A stretch of 64,000 nucleotides of DNA from contig JARGPI010000030.1 in assembly GCA_029213005.1 (NCBI GenBank), positions 3,984 through 67,983 on the forward strand, read 5' to 3'. A model generated the notes under the pieces. The model was not told the DNA's origin, made no database searches, and saw only the letters and a program-made list of their open reading frames with translations. The position numbers were made by a program, and so were the translations under genes. Of this stretch, positions 48,093-59,901 are shown piece by piece. Position 1 is the first letter of the stretch. Every line of letters starts with the position of its first letter. The DNA comes from Verrucomicrobiales bacterium. Its GTDB lineage: Bacteria > Verrucomicrobiota > Verrucomicrobiia > Verrucomicrobiales > DEV007.

Positions 48093-48385
48093 TGTATCAA
48101 AGGAAGAATCTCGACCGTTTTCGACATGACTTAGCGGGGATTCAACCTTCAGGGCGAGAGCGTAACAAGGTTTATTTTGATGTCAAACCATTTGATGTAA
48201 AAATAAATTCCCTTCGCTTCAATTTTCCGCTTGTTAGCGATTTAAAATCGATGAGATTCGGTTCGTTGCGCATCACGTCCGATGTCCCGTAAAACTGGTT
48301 TCCGAAGCTGAAAAGACCTCGCTCTGAAACTTCGCTATCCTGGATCCGTAGAAAACGCCGGTGGGATTGCCAACCCTTCTCCTTA

Positions 48386-48853
48386 TTGAAAATGAAACTG
48401 CTTTACTCTACTATTATTATGGCTTGTGCCCTGAACTTTTCGGCGGCGCAATCTCAGAAAAATGCGGCCATGGAAGAATACCGGACCGCTCAACGCAATG
48501 GCGAAATGATCCGCGAAATCCAGTGGGGCGGAAGTCCCGGGCCGACTCCTACGGCAGAGACCGGAGGCAAGGTTCAAGTCGACCTCAGCGAGACGAATAC
48601 GGAGTATCAAATCTCGATCGACCTGGAAGAAGGAAAGACCGAAAAAGACTATAAGATTTCCTGCAACGAGTGCTACGTCAACGTGAGGCGGATCGACCGC
48701 TCCGCCACCGCTGTCGAGAGCGTCGACATCGCCAGCTTAAAACTGCCTTCGCCACCGGCGACCGGGGCGGTCTCTCAGGTCATGCGGGATGGAAAATTAG
48801 TCTTCAGCCTGCCGAAAACCGCCTTTAAGCCGCTAGTGGTGTCCAGTCAGTAA
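48386..48853 (+). CDS. Signal-peptide-bearing protein with a divergent Hsp20/alpha-crystallin-like domain
   Basis: MKMKLLYSTIIMACALNFSAA signal; VDLSETNTEYQISIDLE.GKTEKDYKIS ... LKLP ... MRDGKLVFSLPK follows the alpha-crystallin strand pattern. Confidence 0.6.
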   Translation: MKMKLLYSTIIMACALNFSAAQSQKNAAMEEYRTAQRNGEMIREIQWGGSPGPTPTAETGGKVQVDLSETNTEYQISIDLEEGKTEKDYKISCNECYVNVRRIDRSATAVESVDIASLKLPSPPATGAVSQVMRDGKLVFSLPKTAFKPLVVSSQ

Positions 48854-48882
48854 AATTGCGAGCCGGCAACGGGTAAAACTTT

Positions 48883-48965
48883 GTGCGACAGGTTCTCTCA
48901 GGAAATACAAAAATACCCCGTGTTTCTACTATCAAAGGCGGAGATTGAGAGGATCTGTCTCGCAC
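48883..48965 (+). promoter_or_regulatory. Putative structured leader RNA upstream of the Ca2+/Na+ antiporter
   Basis: GTGCGACAGGTTCTCTCA (48883-48900) pairs with TGAGAGGATCTGTCTCGCAC (48946-48965), using G-U pairs and a 2-nt bulge; inner GAAATAC/GTGTTTC stem; ends 7 nt before the ATG. Confidence 0.4.
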
Positions 48966-48972
48966 TCACTTA

Positions 48973-49899
48973 ATGATCGAAAGTTTCCTTTTAGTTCTCG
49001 GACTTATCGTCCTGACCCTGGGTGCCGACCTGCTGGTCCGGGGCGCCTCAAATATCGCTTTACGCCTTGGTCTCAGCGCCCTGCTGGTGGGCCTGACGGT
49101 GGTCGCTTTTGGAACCAGCGCTCCGGAGCTGGCCGTGTCGCTGAAAGCCGCTCTCAATGGAAATGGTGGCATCGCGGTCGGAAATATCGTCGGTTCGAAT
49201 ATCTTCAACGTGGCCGCCATCCTCGGTATATCAGCCCTGATCTGCCCGCTCGTGGTAAACCCGAATATCGTGCGCCGCGATATGCCGGTAATGTTGGGAG
49301 CCTCGCTGCTTTTTGTGATCTTTCTCAGCACCGGAAGCGGGATTTCCCGAATCGAAGGTATCCTCCTTTTCGCCTGCCTGATTATTTACATGGCATTGTC
49401 AGTCCGGGACGGGATTAAAAATCAGGAAGAGAGTGCCGAGTCCTCGACCAAACCCACTCCACTTTACCTAAATATAGGTTTTGTCGTGATCGGGCTAACT
49501 ATGTTGATTTTCGGAGCCGGCATGTTTGTCGACAACGCCGTCCTTATCGCGCGCGCTCTCGGCTTGAGTGAAGCCCTGATCGGTTTGACGATCGTCGCCG
49601 CCGGCACCTCCCTACCCGAGCTGGCCACTTCGGTAGTCGCAGCCCTGCGGCGCCAGACGGACATCGCTGTGGGTAACATCGTTGGTTCCAATATATTCAA
49701 CCTTCTCTGTATCGGCGGATTAACCGCTTCGGTACACCCTCTGAACCCTTCGGGTATCTCTTTACTGGAATTTGGTATTATGCTGGGAACCAGCCTGATT
49801 TTGCTTCCCCTGATGAGAACCGGCTTCCGCCTCACCAGACCCGAAGGCGGCATACTCTTCGCCTCGTTTTTACTATACCTCTGGATGATTCAACCGTGA
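48973..49899 (+). CDS. Calcium/sodium antiporter (YrbG / CaCA family)
   Basis: Alpha repeats VAFGTSAPE ... GNIVGSNIFN and VAAGTSLPE ... GNIVGSNIFN. Confidence 0.95.
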   Translation: MIESFLLVLGLIVLTLGADLLVRGASNIALRLGLSALLVGLTVVAFGTSAPELAVSLKAALNGNGGIAVGNIVGSNIFNVAAILGISALICPLVVNPNIVRRDMPVMLGASLLFVIFLSTGSGISRIEGILLFACLIIYMALSVRDGIKNQEESAESSTKPTPLYLNIGFVVIGLTMLIFGAGMFVDNAVLIARALGLSEALIGLTIVAAGTSLPELATSVVAALRRQTDIAVGNIVGSNIFNLLCIGGLTASVHPLNPSGISLLEFGIMLGTSLILLPLMRTGFRLTRPEGGILFASFLLYLWMIQP

Positions 49900-49921
49900 C
49901 CCGAATCAAAATAACGACCCA

Positions 49922-50881
49922 TTGAAACCAGCTAAAATACACCGTGGATTTGTTCCAATTTTAACAGGCTGCGACCTTTCCCGCCGTCGCATCCCCCGTC
50001 TTGAAATTGACGCTGGTGACGGGCCCTGCGTGTGGTTAACCGCCTGTGCCCACGGCGATGAAGTCGGCGGAATCGTCGCAGTGCATGATTTGTTTCATCA
50101 GCTTCGAAAATCGGGTTTAAAGAAAGGCCGGGTCTGCGCATTTCCTTTGATGAACCCTATCGGGTTCGATGTTTGCTCCCGTCATATCACGATCAGTGAG
50201 GAAGACTTGAACCGCTCTTTTCCGGGGAATCCGGAAGGCAGCCTCGCCGAAAGAATTGCCGACACTATTTTTCAGGCCATCCTGAAAACCAAACCCACAC
50301 TAGTGCTCGATCTCCACAACGACTGGACCCGCACAATTCCCTATACCCTGCTCGATACCAATTCGAAAAATCTCAATCCGTCTCATCCCGGGATGCGGAA
50401 GAAACTTCTCAAACTGGCAGCAGCGACCGACTTCCCTCTGATTGAGGAACCGGATCCGCTCCGGCGCACCCTCTCCCACACCTTGATTCAGTTTGGAATC
50501 CCTTCGCTCACAATCGAACTCGGTGAATCCCGAGTCGTGAACGAAACCAATGTCGCCCTCGGAGTCAAAGCGATCTGGGAAATGCTCGCAACTCTCGATA
50601 TGGTCGATTCGGCCCGGACGACGGAGCGGGGCAAAGTCACACCACCACTCATCTACTCTAGCGATCCTCTCTGCTCGACGAGTGGTATTTTGCGGTTTTT
50701 ATGTGAGCCCGGGCAGATTGTTAAACAGGGCCAGCCCCTCGCGCGGGTTCACGATGCCTTCGGCCGGATACTCGAAACGCTGAAAGCGGAATCCGACGCT
50801 CTGGTCCTCGGCATCGCCGATTCCTCAGCCACCTTCCCCGGTTCTCACGCTGTCGCTCTGGGACTCCTCCCCGAAAAGTAA
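49922..50881 (+). CDS. Succinylglutamate desuccinylase/aspartoacylase family (M14) metallo-amidohydrolase
   Basis: ACAHGDEVGG (H, E), DLNRSFPG, LDLHND (H), TIELG (catalytic E), C-terminal lipoyl-like hairpin. Confidence 0.9.
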   Translation: MKPAKIHRGFVPILTGCDLSRRRIPRLEIDAGDGPCVWLTACAHGDEVGGIVAVHDLFHQLRKSGLKKGRVCAFPLMNPIGFDVCSRHITISEEDLNRSFPGNPEGSLAERIADTIFQAILKTKPTLVLDLHNDWTRTIPYTLLDTNSKNLNPSHPGMRKKLLKLAAATDFPLIEEPDPLRRTLSHTLIQFGIPSLTIELGESRVVNETNVALGVKAIWEMLATLDMVDSARTTERGKVTPPLIYSSDPLCSTSGILRFLCEPGQIVKQGQPLARVHDAFGRILETLKAESDALVLGIADSSATFPGSHAVALGLLPEK

Positions 50882-52261
50882 CGACTCCAGCTTCGTCAGC
50901 GATGCGTGATCCGCGCCAATACCCTCACCGGGATTGTCCGCAGCCCCCCACTGCGAACCCTTTTCGCTGCGGGTATAGTTTTGAAAATTGGAAAAGGTGT
51001 CCGGAGTATAACTTGTCTGATCGACCCGGAGACTTTCCAGATCATAAATATTGCCAGCCCCCTGCCACATCGTATTAGCGAACAACAAAATCCCGGGCTC
51101 AAAATCCCCTTTACGAAAAAGGCACCTTTGGAAATTGATTGATCCCATCGGCGTTAACATGACACTGAGACCGTCGAAGCTACAGTTTTCGGCATAGAGA
51201 TATCCTCCTCTTCCAACGCGCAATTCCCCGGCCGGTTCCCCGTGACGTGTGATCGATACGTTCTTCATCATCAGTTGACAGATTTGCCCCTCACTCAAGC
51301 GTCCCCCATCGAGGAGAAATGATTTTGCAGCCCGACTTTCAATCACCGCATTTTCCAGTGAATGCTCTAATCCGATAAAATACAGATCAACGCCGACACA
51401 GTCCTTGATCCATACATTTCTATAGTAGGTCCGGCACGTTCCGGTATCGCATATTCCGGTGCCGTTTCCGATACTGACAAATCCGTCGATATGACAGTCG
51501 CCATCTTCGTGGGCGCTGAAACCGTCGTCTCCGCACTCGATGGCCGCTATATTTTCGAAGACCAAATTTCGCTGGGCACCGTGGATGTTGTATCCGTCGT
51601 TGTAGACGTGAGTCCCGGTTACATTCCTCACCGTCACCCACGAACCGGAGCCGCCAAAGGCCACTGCATTACTTCGCGCCGGATAGCGTATCTTCGCCTC
51701 GTCCAGTTTTTGGCCCGGATTCAATTTCAGATAAAAAGCATCGCCATCCTCCCGGACAAAGGTCCATTCCCCCGGTTCTAATTCCTCCGGCTTTTTGAGA
51801 GGCACATTGGAGCCTTTCAAACAACGGTTCATCCGTTGCATCTTCCCGTCCCAGAGAAGAAACCACCGACCTACAATGGCATCATCGGTATTGGGATAGA
51901 GCTTTTTCCGGCAATACAGATCCGGCCCTACCAAATCCCACTCCGCTTCGGTAACCGGCTCACTCCCGTCGAGAGTCGCGCCGTGCCCATCGAGAACAAT
52001 CGGCTTATCCACCTCACCATGTTTGCCATGGAAAATCGCGCTCTCATAGTAAACCGCTGGTTTCAGGCTGATCGTGTCCCCGGGCTGAGCGAGTTTGATA
52101 CCGCGGGCGATCGTTTTCACAGGAGCCGCCCTACCATCATTGGCATCGTCGCCGAGTTGCGGATCGACCTGAATATCAGTCAATTCCTCTGCAACGCTTA
52201 GCCCGCCAACAGAAATGAACATAGCAAAAAGCACTGCCAAAATACCTCGAACTGGAATCAT
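50825..52261 (-). CDS. Exported right-handed beta-helix protein (DUF1565 / pectin-lyase-like)
   Basis: Signal peptide; GDDANDG..APVKTIARG..LAQPGDTI.L..AVYYE; NDGYNIHG, CGDDGFSAHE turns; 3' end overlaps the convergent M14 gene by 57 nt. Confidence 0.75.
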   Translation of the reverse strand: MIPVRGILAVLFAMFISVGGLSVAEELTDIQVDPQLGDDANDGRAAPVKTIARGIKLAQPGDTISLKPAVYYESAIFHGKHGEVDKPIVLDGHGATLDGSEPVTEAEWDLVGPDLYCRKKLYPNTDDAIVGRWFLLWDGKMQRMNRCLKGSNVPLKKPEELEPGEWTFVREDGDAFYLKLNPGQKLDEAKIRYPARSNAVAFGGSGSWVTVRNVTGTHVYNDGYNIHGAQRNLVFENIAAIECGDDGFSAHEDGDCHIDGFVSIGNGTGICDTGTCRTYYRNVWIKDCVGVDLYFIGLEHSLENAVIESRAAKSFLLDGGRLSEGQICQLMMKNVSITRHGEPAGELRVGRGGYLYAENCSFDGLSVMLTPMGSINFQRCLFRKGDFEPGILLFANTMWQGAGNIYDLESLRVDQTSYTPDTFSNFQNYTRSEKGSQWGAADNPGEGIGADHASLTKLESLLFGEESQSDSVRTGEGG

Positions 52262-52398
52262 CCGGGGACCCTCACCCTGTCAGAGCTTTTTTCAAGATAC
52301 TCAAAGGGTCTCGACGAATTCAGGTAAGCCCACCGCAGTTCCTTGATTCCGCGTTTGCGGGAACTTGCCAGCCCCCGCTTTTCCTGTCTAGTGCACGG

Positions 52399-53346
52399 GT
52401 GAAATCCTTACTTTTCAATCTCACTCTCGGCACCTTCCTAACTTTAAGCCTGTTCTGCAGTAGCATCTGCGCCGGGGAATCGAAAACGGTTCGACTCCTC
52501 ACGATCGGCAACAGTTTCGCCGACAATGCGCTCACTTACCTCCCTGCCATCATCGAGTCCGATGGTCAGACCCTAATCGTTTCAAGAGCCAATCTGGGAG
52601 GCTGCACCATGGAACGACACTGGAAACATGTCGCGGCGTTCAAGGAAGACCCCGGGAGTAAAAATGGATCACCCTATCAAAACGGCAAAATCTCGCTCGA
52701 TTCTCTACTTCGGAAGGAACCCTGGGATTTCATCACGATCCAGCAAGTCAGCACAAAAAGTCATGACCTGGCCACCTACCGGCCTTTTGCCGACGACCTA
52801 CATCAGTATATCAAGGAGCGGGCACCCGACTCCCAAATCATGCTTCACCAGATTTGGGCCTACCGTGTCGATGACCCGAGGTTTGTCGCAAAGAATGAAG
52901 GCAAACTCCCTCATACCCACGAGATCATGTATCAGCAGGTGAGAAAAGCCTATCACACCCTCGCCGAAGAACTGAATACCGGCATCATACCCAGTGGAGA
53001 CGCGATGTATCTCGCCGATATTGATCCCAAGTGGGGATACCGCCCCGATACCGAATACGATTTTGCAAATCCGGTCTTCCCCAATTTGCCGAAGCAAACC
53101 CACTCGCTTCACACCGGTTGGCACTGGAGAAAGTCAGGCGAAAAAGCGCCCGTGCTGCGCATCGATGGCCACCACGCGAGCAACGCCGGCAAATACCTGC
53201 TCGGCTGCCTCTGGTACGAAATGCTTTTCGATCGAGACGTCACTGCCGTGGACTACATCCCCGAAGGTATCGACAAAGACTACGCCGCTCATCTCCGCAA
53301 AATCGCCCATCAGGCCGCGGAACCCTTCCGGAAAGCCGGAGAGTAG
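52399..53346 (+). CDS. Exported SGNH/GDSL-like protein (DUF4886)
   Basis: Signal peptide; LTIGNSFA, LGGCTMERH, WDFITIQQVS, IWAY, IIPSG, DGHHAS..GKYL. Confidence 0.8.
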   Translation: MKSLLFNLTLGTFLTLSLFCSSICAGESKTVRLLTIGNSFADNALTYLPAIIESDGQTLIVSRANLGGCTMERHWKHVAAFKEDPGSKNGSPYQNGKISLDSLLRKEPWDFITIQQVSTKSHDLATYRPFADDLHQYIKERAPDSQIMLHQIWAYRVDDPRFVAKNEGKLPHTHEIMYQQVRKAYHTLAEELNTGIIPSGDAMYLADIDPKWGYRPDTEYDFANPVFPNLPKQTHSLHTGWHWRKSGEKAPVLRIDGHHASNAGKYLLGCLWYEMLFDRDVTAVDYIPEGIDKDYAAHLRKIAHQAAEPFRKAGE

Positions 53347-53426
53347 CTATCGAAAAACCCGATTCCCTAAGTCTATTTAAATTATGACAATTATAACACT
53401 GCGTGGTATCGTGCCCGAGTTGATTT

Positions 53427-54206
53427 TTGCGCATGACCAAAGACACCTCACCATCCCGGCAAAACCCGATCGTGAATCTGGTTGGGTTTGCGATGATTCT
53501 ACTGTTCGCCTGGTTTCTGAAATGGGAATCGGCTGACTTGATCTGGAGTCTCTGGCTGGGCAGTCTGCTGATCGGATATTTCACCATCGTGGGGGCAGTC
53601 CTGTCCGGCCTCATTGTGGTCGGCAAAATCATTACCACCGATGCCGGGGAGGGGCTCGCGACGGGAAAGCAGCGGGCCCTTCTGGGGATTGGAGCGATTG
53701 GAGTCGGCCTGTTCTTTCTTGCCTTCTTCTCCTTTCACTTCTGTGCGTTTCACGCGGGTCACGCTATGTTTCTCAAGGAGTTTTTCCCTATCGATGGCAT
53801 CGATTTGGATTCGTCAGGTTTATCGAATGCCTTCATGAATCCGTTACTACTTTTGAAAATTGCGATTACCAAGATCGCTCCTTTCTATATCTGGTTTCTG
53901 ATTCCCGCCCTACTGCTCGATTGGAAAAAGGTAGCAGGACCGATATTAATCGCCACCAATTTTAAACCCGACGAATCCGGTAAAAAGATGGATCTGTCAG
54001 GGATGCCATCCGATCCGTTTTTCGGTCCCTACAAGAATGTGATCAAAATGCATATCCTGATCTTCTTTTTCGCCGGAGCCCTTTTCCTCAAACTGGATAA
54101 CTTCTTTGTCTACGCCATTGTTTATGCCGTTTATTTCTTTCCGTGGTCGACGCTGAAGCTTAAGAAGTCGAATAATACAGCCCCGACCGCCGAAGTTACG
54201 TCGTAG
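53427..54206 (+). CDS. Membrane protein, DUF6498-like
   Basis: W...DLIWSLW ... FFSFHFCAFHAGH ... PYKNVIKMHILIFF. Confidence 0.65.
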   Translation: MRMTKDTSPSRQNPIVNLVGFAMILLFAWFLKWESADLIWSLWLGSLLIGYFTIVGAVLSGLIVVGKIITTDAGEGLATGKQRALLGIGAIGVGLFFLAFFSFHFCAFHAGHAMFLKEFFPIDGIDLDSSGLSNAFMNPLLLLKIAITKIAPFYIWFLIPALLLDWKKVAGPILIATNFKPDESGKKMDLSGMPSDPFFGPYKNVIKMHILIFFFAGALFLKLDNFFVYAIVYAVYFFPWSTLKLKKSNNTAPTAEVTS

Positions 54207-54246
54207 CACCGCTTTTTCGGTTCAAACCGCGACGCCCAAACACGAC

Positions 54247-54281
54247 TGTACCCTGTACAATCCGGGACTGTACAGGGTACA
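54247..54281. repeat. TGTAC-N3-GTACA doublet repeat, locus 4
   Basis: TGTACCCTGTACA-atccgggac-TGTACAGGGTACA between convergent genes; spacer identical to locus 2 but both cores flipped. Confidence 0.92.
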
Positions 54282-54315
54282 AAATGGTATCGTTGACTGA
54301 ATTGACTACCTGAAA

Positions 54316-56730
<2,415 letters not shown>

Positions 56731-57147
56731 CTATTCCTCACGAAGACAATCCGGGCAGGTTCCCCAGTAGATCACTTCCGCTTCATCGATTCGATACCCC
56801 GAGTTATCCGCTGCGGTGAGACATGGTTTCTCGCCAACGGCACAATCAATATCGACCGTACTTCCGCAGCTTCGACAGATCAGGTGATGGTGATTATCCC
56901 CCACTCTATCTTCATACAGAGCTGGTGAGCCGGCGGGTTGAATACGCCGAATCAGCCCCTTCTCTACGAGTAACCCGAGCGAATCGTAAACCGCCTGTCG
57001 CGAGATTGTCCCAATTTCAGAGCGGACGACATCAGCAATCACCTCAGCTCTGGAATGGGGCCGGTTCGCGACGGCACGAAGCACGGCCAGACGCTGCGCT
57101 GTCACAGCAACCCCCAGTTTACGAAGCTTCTCGATTGGATCAGACAT
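56731..57147 (-). CDS. furA: Fur-family regulator, FurA-type
   Basis: [52 protein letters not shown]; directly upstream of katG; ATG at 57147. Confidence 0.9.
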   Translation of the reverse strand: MSDPIEKLRKLGVAVTAQRLAVLRAVANRPHSRAEVIADVVRSEIGTISRQAVYDSLGLLVEKGLIRRIQPAGSPALYEDRVGDNHHHLICRSCGSTVDIDCAVGEKPCLTAADNSGYRIDEAEVIYWGTCPDCLREE

Positions 57148-57162
57148 AAGGCCAGACTTAAA

Positions 57163-57189
57163 CAAGTTTTGGACTCAGTCAAGAACTTG
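57163..57189 (-). promoter_or_regulatory. Putative FurA operator overlapping a TTGACT -35 element
   Basis: 27-bp imperfect palindrome CAAGTTTTGGACTCAGTCAAGAACTTG ending 15 bp upstream of the furA ATG; minus strand reads TCTTGACTGAGTCCAAA. Confidence 0.6.
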
Positions 57190-57396
57190 CACCAGTCTGA
57201 ACATCATTGCGTGATGCTTCAGCGGAAGCTTCAGAAAAGGGATCGCCGTCGGGAAAAGGCACATGATGAGAGGTAACTGTCTCACCCTTAGCCGCCCTCT
57301 ATCCGGATAAATCACTCAAGCTGAATAAAATTGACTTAGCTTCTGCCCCGAGGATAAAACCTGCGGAGTGTTGCACCCTTTACCCAAAACAAAAAC

Positions 57397-59175
57397 TTAG
57401 AGCCGGGTCCATTGTCTGGAATTCAAATCGAGTTGGTAGGAATACCGGTTAGTCGGCAACGAATCCTCCGCCTCGCAGGCGGGGTCATAGAGAGCGCCCC
57501 CGTCAATCTGAATGGTATCCGCTGAGATCAGAGTTGCGCGATGTTTTGATATCCAACCGGGCGGCTCGCCGCCGGTCTCAATCTTTTCTATTCGTAGGCT
57601 CGTGGTATCGAGCTGATAAACAGGCGTCACTCCGGGTTGTCGCTGATGAGGATACCCCAGACAACCGATCAGATAGATCGAACTACCGACTAAGGTGGCA
57701 CTATGGAAATCAGTAGGAGGAAAAACCGATTCCGGGTAGCCATAAATCGTAAAGCGGCCATCCCCCTGATGAACAACCACATCGTTATAGATACAAAAGT
57801 CGGGGTCGTAGCTGTCTTCATGCTCCCCGCCGATTTCGAAAACACGCCCGTCTGCGAGCTCGGTAAACGAATGACCGAATCTGGAGAAACACCAAACCGG
57901 CTCACCTTTTTCGAAACTGGAATCCCCAAATTTGGAGGAAGCAAAATAACCACTCTCCCCTGTGCGGACCATCTCCTTCCAGAAGGGGCGATCCATCACC
58001 TCAGGATTTTGTTTACCAAAGTGGCGGGTCCGGTCCTTCAGGAACTCCTTTTTGCTGCAATCGATTGTGTCGGTTTTCTGAAGGTTCACATATTGATGTC
58101 TCAGCTCCCGGGGCATCTCCCCGCCATCAAGCCCGGAGGCCAACAGTGCTTTGGCAACAGGTAGAGAATCGGCCGCCCAGAAGAGGCCTAAGTCGTATTT
58201 GTCCTTTTCGAAAATGTCTGCTCCAGCTTCCACCAATATCGAAATACATCGATCAGCCCCGATCTGCACCGCATGATGGATCGGACGATGATCAAACTCA
58301 TCTTTTTGGTCGATCCTCACCCCTTGTTCAATCAACCACTGGCAAAGTGATTCAGAATTTGGATTAATCGCACTGAACAAGATATTCTGTCCGAACCGTC
58401 CAGTCTCATGAAGATCTGCTCCCAATTCCACCACCACTTTCACCTTTTCAAGATCTCCGGTTGAAGCGGCGAAAAATAAGGGTGAGACCCCACGGAAATC
58501 ACAGGTTTTCAAAAAGCCGGAGTCCGATTGAGCCGCAGCCCGAACCTCACCGGAGTCACCGAATGCCAGTGCATGAAACAGAGCATTCCATTGCAACGGC
58601 CCAGGGTTCGCTCCCAACTCCAGCAGGAGCCCGGCTAATTTCCAATTCTCCTGTCGCACCGCAGTCGTGAGTGGCGTTTCTTTATAATCGGAAGCCACTT
58701 CCATATCCGCCCCGTACTGAATCAACAACTCGAAACGCTCTTTCGCTTTATCAAAAGGTAGAGATAAAGCCCCGTAGGTCGCATCGAGAAAACAGGAGTA
58801 GTTGGAAGACGAGGTAGCGGAAACGTCGGCCCCGCTTTCCAGAAGGATTCGAAGTTTTTCGTTCATCCCGCTCCGGCACGCAAAATGTAAGGGCGTGTGG
58901 AAGGACTTTCCCATCATCTCTGAATACTGTGTCATTTCAGGGGGGATCTCGATATCGAGTTCCTTCATTGCCTCAAGATGAACATCCCCCGATCTGTCCG
59001 GCCCAGTCGGCTGATTGATATCCGCCCCGAGTTTGATCAATTCCCGAACCGTTCCCGCAGGAATATCATCATTTTCCAAAGCTCGATGGAGAAGATTCTT
59101 TCCTTCATCATTACAGAGATTGATATCACTGAGTTCAGCTTCCGAAAAATAGGGAGACAGCAGATCCGATTGCAT
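57397..59175 (-). CDS. Ankyrin-repeat protein with a C-terminal kelch-like region
   Basis: Repeats GKNLLHRA, TPLHFAC, TPLTTAV, SPLFFAA, RPIHHAV; C-terminal RFGHSFTELADGR.F.IGGEHED, TDFHSATLVG; ATG 59175 preferred. Confidence 0.88.
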   Translation of the reverse strand: MQSDLLSPYFSEAELSDINLCNDEGKNLLHRALENDDIPAGTVRELIKLGADINQPTGPDRSGDVHLEAMKELDIEIPPEMTQYSEMMGKSFHTPLHFACRSGMNEKLRILLESGADVSATSSSNYSCFLDATYGALSLPFDKAKERFELLIQYGADMEVASDYKETPLTTAVRQENWKLAGLLLELGANPGPLQWNALFHALAFGDSGEVRAAAQSDSGFLKTCDFRGVSPLFFAASTGDLEKVKVVVELGADLHETGRFGQNILFSAINPNSESLCQWLIEQGVRIDQKDEFDHRPIHHAVQIGADRCISILVEAGADIFEKDKYDLGLFWAADSLPVAKALLASGLDGGEMPRELRHQYVNLQKTDTIDCSKKEFLKDRTRHFGKQNPEVMDRPFWKEMVRTGESGYFASSKFGDSSFEKGEPVWCFSRFGHSFTELADGRVFEIGGEHEDSYDPDFCIYNDVVVHQGDGRFTIYGYPESVFPPTDFHSATLVGSSIYLIGCLGYPHQRQPGVTPVYQLDTTSLRIEKIETGGEPPGWISKHRATLISADTIQIDGGALYDPACEAEDSLPTNRYSYQLDLNSRQWTRL

Positions 59176-59329
59176 ACCGCTATACTGATAGTTTTTTGAG
59201 AGGCTGTAAAGAAGCAGAGGTTCTCCCCTGACAAAACTTAACCCTTCATCCCGCGATCCCGTAGATCGCAAATTTTTGGGCCGATTTGGATGAAACCGGA
59301 GGTTAGAGTGTGTCCCTGAGCTATTTTTC

Positions 59330-59863
59330 ATGCCTCAATTTCTATCTAAATCAGATTTTGACCGGCTTTTCGTCCTGAACGAGAAGGCTTTCCGCTATTA
59401 TGCGCGGACTTTGCTTCCGCACTGGGATGCCGTTGATGAGGTGCTTCAGCTCTCAAGCCTCATCATGTGGAAAAAGATCGAACAGGTTGATTCGGATGAC
59501 GGATTCCGGGCCTGGGGTAAGTGTATCGTAAGGTTCGAAGCGCAGAAATACTGCCGGACCCGGGCTCGCGATCTCCATGTCTTCGACCCCGATTTGCTCG
59601 CGCTTCTGGAGAAACATCAAGATGAGGATTCACAGGAGCCGGACCTCGACCGGGATCTGGCGGCCCTCGAATCCTGCATGAAACGCCTCGGTGAAGCCAA
59701 TCGAAAATTGGTCCTCGCACCCTATCGCGGCCATGGTGTGCTCACCCAACTCGCGGAGGCCTCAGGCCGAACCCGTAACAGTCTCTACAAACAAATTCGC
59801 CGACTCAGAACCAAGCTGGAGTCGTGTGTCACAGTGGAATTATCAAGGACGAAAAAAAGTTAG
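59330..59863 (+). CDS. ECF sigma-70 factor (Rhodopirellula/Verrucomicrobia type)
   Basis: YARTLLP.WDAVDEVLQ ... MWKK ... FRAWGKCIVRF ... LYKQIRRLR..L..CV. Confidence 0.9.
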   Translation: MPQFLSKSDFDRLFVLNEKAFRYYARTLLPHWDAVDEVLQLSSLIMWKKIEQVDSDDGFRAWGKCIVRFEAQKYCRTRARDLHVFDPDLLALLEKHQDEDSQEPDLDRDLAALESCMKRLGEANRKLVLAPYRGHGVLTQLAEASGRTRNSLYKQIRRLRTKLESCVTVELSRTKKS

Positions 59864-59901
59864 GCCGATATTATTTCTTCCGGGAGTAAAGCTCAAAATC
59901 A

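Noticed and set aside
50825-50881. 57-nt convergent overlap between the M14 and beta-helix genes (also 17 nt at 2456-2472) as a regulatory feature
   Set aside because: Short 3' overlaps are common in compact genomes, and the overlapping tails look non-conserved
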